Below, piece by piece: positions 60,705 to 64,000 of a stretch of DNA of 64,000 bases. Under the pieces are notes generated by a model. The model had not been told where the DNA came from. It did no database searches and saw only the letters and a list, made by a program, of their open reading frames with translations. Within the stretch, counting starts at the first letter, position 1. Every line of letters starts with the position of its first letter. A program made the position numbers and the translations under genes. The DNA lies in contig JAEOTR010000024.1 in assembly GCA_016839705.1 (NCBI GenBank), positions 1 to 64,000 on the forward strand, in the 5' to 3' direction. The DNA is from Promethearchaeota archaeon. Lineage in GTDB: Archaea > Asgardarchaeota > Lokiarchaeia > Sigyniarchaeales > SOKP01.

Positions 60705-60855
60705 GAAAAAAAGAAGGCCCCAAGAATTCGAGCAAATTTTTAAAATCAGGGAGAGAATTAAACTCGTGAGAGTTTAATAGAGGGCGAATTTTGGAGGAGC
60801 CCTAAACGGACCTCCCTATCCAATGTTTCTCGAATTCATATTGGACACTTCCTAA
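60705..60855 (-). ncRNA. Candidate structured small RNA
   Basis: GC-enriched island with several hairpins; TATA-like TTTATAAATA upstream (60881-60872) and a U-tract downstream on the minus strand. Confidence 0.4.
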
Positions 60856-61124
60856 ATGATGGTAGAGTTTCTATTTATAAAAACTAATTGGTTATAAAAT
60901 ATTTATGTTCTAGTGTCGAGAACAAATGAGATTTCACTCCCGAAGGGGGAAATAGTTGAATTTTCAAACTTTTATTTTTTTATTAATTAATTTTGAAACA
61001 TTTGATACAAGTATTTAAATAGTCAAAAGTGAAAAAAGAGAATTCATGGCACTTGAGTCTTGAAATTCAGAAGTTATATTCGATATTAATACTTTTCCTT
61101 GATTTAATTAATTTTTAGCAAAAA

Positions 61125-61286
61125 TCACTTGCTAATTGGGATCCAAAATCGGCATACGATGCATTGATGAATAGTTTGATATTCTTCTTCACTAGAATGA
61201 TTCATTCGAATCTTTTTTGTAATCATCACGTTGCCGCACTTTTCACATAAAACTAGGTCTTTTGGTTTTAACTTATGTGCGACCAT
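61125..61286 (-). CDS. Micro zinc-ribbon protein (53 aa), TFS/TFIIS C-ribbon-like
   Basis: Below ORF-track cutoff. MVAHKLKPKDLVLCEKCGNVMITKKIRMNHSSEEEYQTIHQCIVCRFWIPISK*. Confidence 0.7.
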   Translation of the reverse strand: MVAHKLKPKDLVLCEKCGNVMITKKIRMNHSSEEEYQTIHQCIVCRFWIPISK

Positions 61287-61477
61287 CTTTGAAATCCCGG
61301 GAGTTCTACTATTTTAAATTGAACAAAAAACTTGATGAAAAGAATTATTCTTGTTAAAACAACCCTTTTATATAAAAAGAATACTTTTTTTAATATTTAA
61401 ATGATTGTTTGAGTAAAGAGTTATGTACGATCTACCAAAAATTGCTTTTTTTAGGAATTTTTATCATTATGATCATT

Positions 61478-62356
61478 TTATTTCAACACAGTAATGATGA
61501 TAGCTATAAAAATCAAACCACATCCAAGCCACCCAAATAAGGAAAGTATTTCATTTCCAATAATAAATCCAAATAATGCAGCAAAAACGGGTTCGAGGGT
61601 AAAAATAATTGCGGTTTGTGTTGGACCTTGATACTGCTGGCTCCAATTTTGAAATAATATCGTCAGAGTCATCACACCAATGCCCATATAAACCATTACC
61701 CCCCAAAACGATGGAGAAAACGATAAAGATGCATAAGACTCTCCTAATAACAATGAACTAATAAAACTCGCAGATGATATCACAGCCATTTGTATCATTG
61801 AATAAGAATAAATGTCAACAAGCGGGACGTATTTGTCAGTATAAATAATAAAAAACGCCCAGAAAAATGCACTTACTAATACTATTAAATCGCCAAGGAT
61901 TATTCCCCTCTCACCTTCTAATAATAGAAAAGCCATACCTGCGACAGAAAGGGCTACTGCTATCCAAATTCTTTTGTTTAATAGCTTTTTAAACCCAAAC
62001 CAAGCAAAAAAAGGAACAATAATAGCGCTCAATCCTGTGACAAAGCCAGCTTTTCCCGCTGTTGTTGTTTGAAGCCCGTATGTTTGAATAGCATATCCAA
62101 AAAAATATATCATTCCTGTGAAAAGACTCATTAAAAGTGTTTTTTTATTAAGATTTTTTAAGTGAAAAAACAATGGGGCGAATCCTAAAAATGCGATGGC
62201 GAACCGCACTCCCATGTAGAGAAATATAGGAACATCTTCAGTTATGTTTTTAGTGAGAATGAATGAGGTCCCCCATAATACAGTAGTGAGGATTAAGAGA
62301 AATATTGCAATTAAACTTTTATTTGATGAAGATATAGATTGTGTGCTTTTCACCAT
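61478..62356 (-). CDS. DMT/EamA family transporter (start likely ATG at 62356)
   Basis: LWGTSF, RFAIA, GLQTTTAGKAGF, IIFTLEPVFA; about 10 TM segments. Confidence 0.9.
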   Translation of the reverse strand: MVKSTQSISSSNKSLIAIFLLILTTVLWGTSFILTKNITEDVPIFLYMGVRFAIAFLGFAPLFFHLKNLNKKTLLMSLFTGMIYFFGYAIQTYGLQTTTAGKAGFVTGLSAIIVPFFAWFGFKKLLNKRIWIAVALSVAGMAFLLLEGERGIILGDLIVLVSAFFWAFFIIYTDKYVPLVDIYSYSMIQMAVISSASFISSLLLGESYASLSFSPSFWGVMVYMGIGVMTLTILFQNWSQQYQGPTQTAIIFTLEPVFAALFGFIIGNEILSLFGWLGCGLIFIAIIITVLK

Positions 62357-62656
62357 AATTCCTTTAATTAACCTTCTAGTAATTGTAGAAAACAAATTAA
62401 TAATATAAATTATTCTGAATGTAATCGGGATTTAAAAGTTAAAGCCTTAAATTTCTATCAATCAGCTTAAATTATGCCAGGACTACTTGAATTTTTATTA
62501 GTAAAAATCCTAAGGCACTTTGAAAATATCACCCTCAAGGATATTTTATGATGTAGATGCATAATTATGGTATTGAATATTTATTAAGGATATATTCGTT
62601 TTAGATTTAAAGCTAAATATGTCAAATATGAATATTTAAAAAAATTAGGTGATATT

Positions 62657-64000
62657 TTGACTAAAACTTATGCAGAAATCAATGAAAAAATCAAAAATGG
62701 AGAAGCTGTTATAGTAACTGCGGAAGAAATGGTTGAGATTGTTGCTCAAAAAGGTGTGAAAGTTGCAGCTGAGGAGATTGACATAGTTACAACAGGTACT
62801 TTTGGTCCTATGTGTTCAAGCGGTGCCTTTTTAAATTTTGGACATTCTGATCCTCCTATTAAATTCGAGCATTTATGGCTAAATGACGTTCATGCTTATC
62901 ACGGTAACGCTGCTGTGGATTGCTATATCGGTTGTACCAGATTGTCAGAGGTGAAACGTTTTGAATATGGTGGTGGCCATGTTATTGAAGATCTTGTTGC
63001 AGGAAAGCCTATACGGTTGAGAGGTAATTCCTATACTACAGATTGTTATCCGTTAGCAGAAGTAGATACTGAATTTACAATTGATGAGATAAATCAAGCA
63101 ATTTTAGTGAATCCAAGAAATGCATATCAAAGATATGTGTGTGCTGTAAATAGTTCGGATCGTACTTTATATACATATATGGGAAAGTTATTACCACGCT
63201 ATGGTAATGCTCATTATGCAGGAGCGGGATGTTTAAGTCCATTGAGTAATGACCCCGATTATGAAACAATAGGAATTGGCACGAGAATATTTTTAGGAGG
63301 GGGTATCGGTTATATTATTGGAGAAGGGACTCAGCACAGTCCTACAAATCAATTTGGAACTATTTTTGTTAAGGGTGATCTAAAACAAATGAGTGCGGAA
63401 TATTTGAGAGGAGTTTCCTATGAGGAATATGGCACATCTTTATTTGTGGGTCTTGGAATACCAATCCCTATTTTAAATGAAGGATTAGCAAAAAAAACTG
63501 CAATTAGTGATGCTGAACTCTTTACAGATATCGTGGATTATGGGATACCGAGAAGAGATCGACCAAAACTTAGACGTATTAACTATGAAGAATTAAAGGG
63601 GGAATATATTGAATTGAATGGTAAAAAAGTAAAATGTTCTTCGTTATCCTCCTTCTATCATGCTCGAAAAATAGCAGAAACCCTAAAAAAATGGATTCAG
63701 GATGGAAAGTTCTATTTAAATCCCCCAGCAGAAACATTACCTACAGAGACAGTATTTAAATCAATGAAACAAACTATTAAGGTAAAGTTTGTAAAAGACT
63801 TAAAACGGGAAGCAATAATTTGCTATGATGATTGTGATTTGAAAACTGTAGCAGAGAAAATAATTAATCAAAATTTAAATCACATTGTTGTTACAGATTC
63901 AGAAAATAAACTTAAAGGAATTGTTACGAGTTTTGATGTGACAAAAGCGATTGCAAGGGATAAAACTGATTTAAATGATATTATCACAAAAAAAGTAATA
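62657..64000 (+). CDS. Homocysteine biosynthesis protein (MJ0100/MA1821-type DUF39 + CBS), 3' end truncated by window edge
   Basis: Not in ORF track. TTG start after AGGTGA; MTKTYAEINEKIKNGEAVIVTAEEM...VTTGTFGPMCSSGA...NPRNAYQ...YTYMGKL; CBS motif GIVTSFDVTKA near the end. Confidence 0.88.
   Translation, partial: MTKTYAEINEKIKNGEAVIVTAEEMVEIVAQKGVKVAAEEIDIVTTGTFGPMCSSGAFLNFGHSDPPIKFEHLWLNDVHAYHGNAAVDCYIGCTRLSEVKRFEYGGGHVIEDLVAGKPIRLRGNSYTTDCYPLAEVDTEFTIDEINQAILVNPRNAYQRYVCAVNSSDRTLYTYMGKLLPRYGNAHYAGAGCLSPLSNDPDYETIGIGTRIFLGGGIGYIIGEGTQHSPTNQFGTIFVKGDLKQMSAEYLRGVSYEEYGTSLFVGLGIPIPILNEGLAKKTAISDAELFTDIVDYGIPRRDRPKLRRINYEELKGEYIELNGKKVKCSSLSSFYHARKIAETLKKWIQDGKFYLNPPAETLPTETVFKSMKQTIKVKFVKDLKREAIICYDDCDLKTVAEKIINQNLNHIVVTDSENKLKGIVTSFDVTKAIARDKTDLNDIITKKVI

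Noticed and set aside
60774-60839. Minus-strand MNSRNIG(UAG)GGPFRAPPKFALY, suggesting amber readthrough into a RAPP arrest-peptide motif
   Set aside because: It needs UAG recoding, there are no pyl genes in view and no downstream co-oriented gene to regulate; it is more simply explained by the GC-rich RNA hairpin
1469-63269. Numerous 60-111 aa ORFs antisense to or nested in larger genes (e.g. 3549-3827, 18636-18968, 23789-24034, 31048-31365, 42174-42509, 63075-63269)
   Set aside because: Shadow ORFs of well-supported genes, with no motifs
1-64000. CRISPR arrays, tRNA/rRNA genes, IS elements
   Set aside because: I found no regularly spaced repeats, cloverleaf/T-loop signatures, rRNA-like tracts or transposase ORFs by eye

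Overview
AT-rich, gene-dense archaeal chromosome segment, most likely from an Asgard archaeon of the Lokiarchaeia/Promethearchaeota. The evidence is a Loki-CTERM-type IPGY-TM-basic sorting tail, a Rab-like small GTPase, a single-domain gelsolin protein, TPR-longin architectures, Cdc6/Orc1, XerA and an archaeal RNase P RNA. Most of the window is housekeeping or metabolic: a sugar/polyol catabolic cluster, dnaJ, hppA, trxB, xerA-cdc6, tldD/pmbA, abfD, purA, pit, pssA, fbaB, an hdrA-mvhD fusion, an orphan N6-adenine MTase and a DUF39-CBS homocysteine biosynthesis gene. I found no CRISPR array, rRNA, tRNA or IS element. Features missing from the ORF track are the RNase P RNA (minus strand, ~10806-11138), two micro zinc-ribbon ORFs (7222-7350, 61125-61286), two edge-truncated CDSs and a candidate structured small RNA at ~60.7-60.85 kb. 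The best candidate for an undescribed system is at 38.7-43.7 kb. It comprises two tandem paralogs with vWA + RING/C1-like zinc finger + GGFFGK motif + zinc ribbon, whose layout resembles the eukaryotic TFIIH p44/Ssl1 (and p34) subunits, transcribed divergently from a TrmB-wHTH/coiled-coil protein. It lies next to a cluster of eukaryote-like genes (scramblase/LURP-one, gelsolin, HEAT, TPR-longin). Other leads are a cytoplasmic IFT52-like GIFT protein, a TPR-nitrilase, a CxxC-less TrxR paralog and a 28-bp palindrome in front of xerA. All family calls come from reading motifs by eye; no database searches were run.
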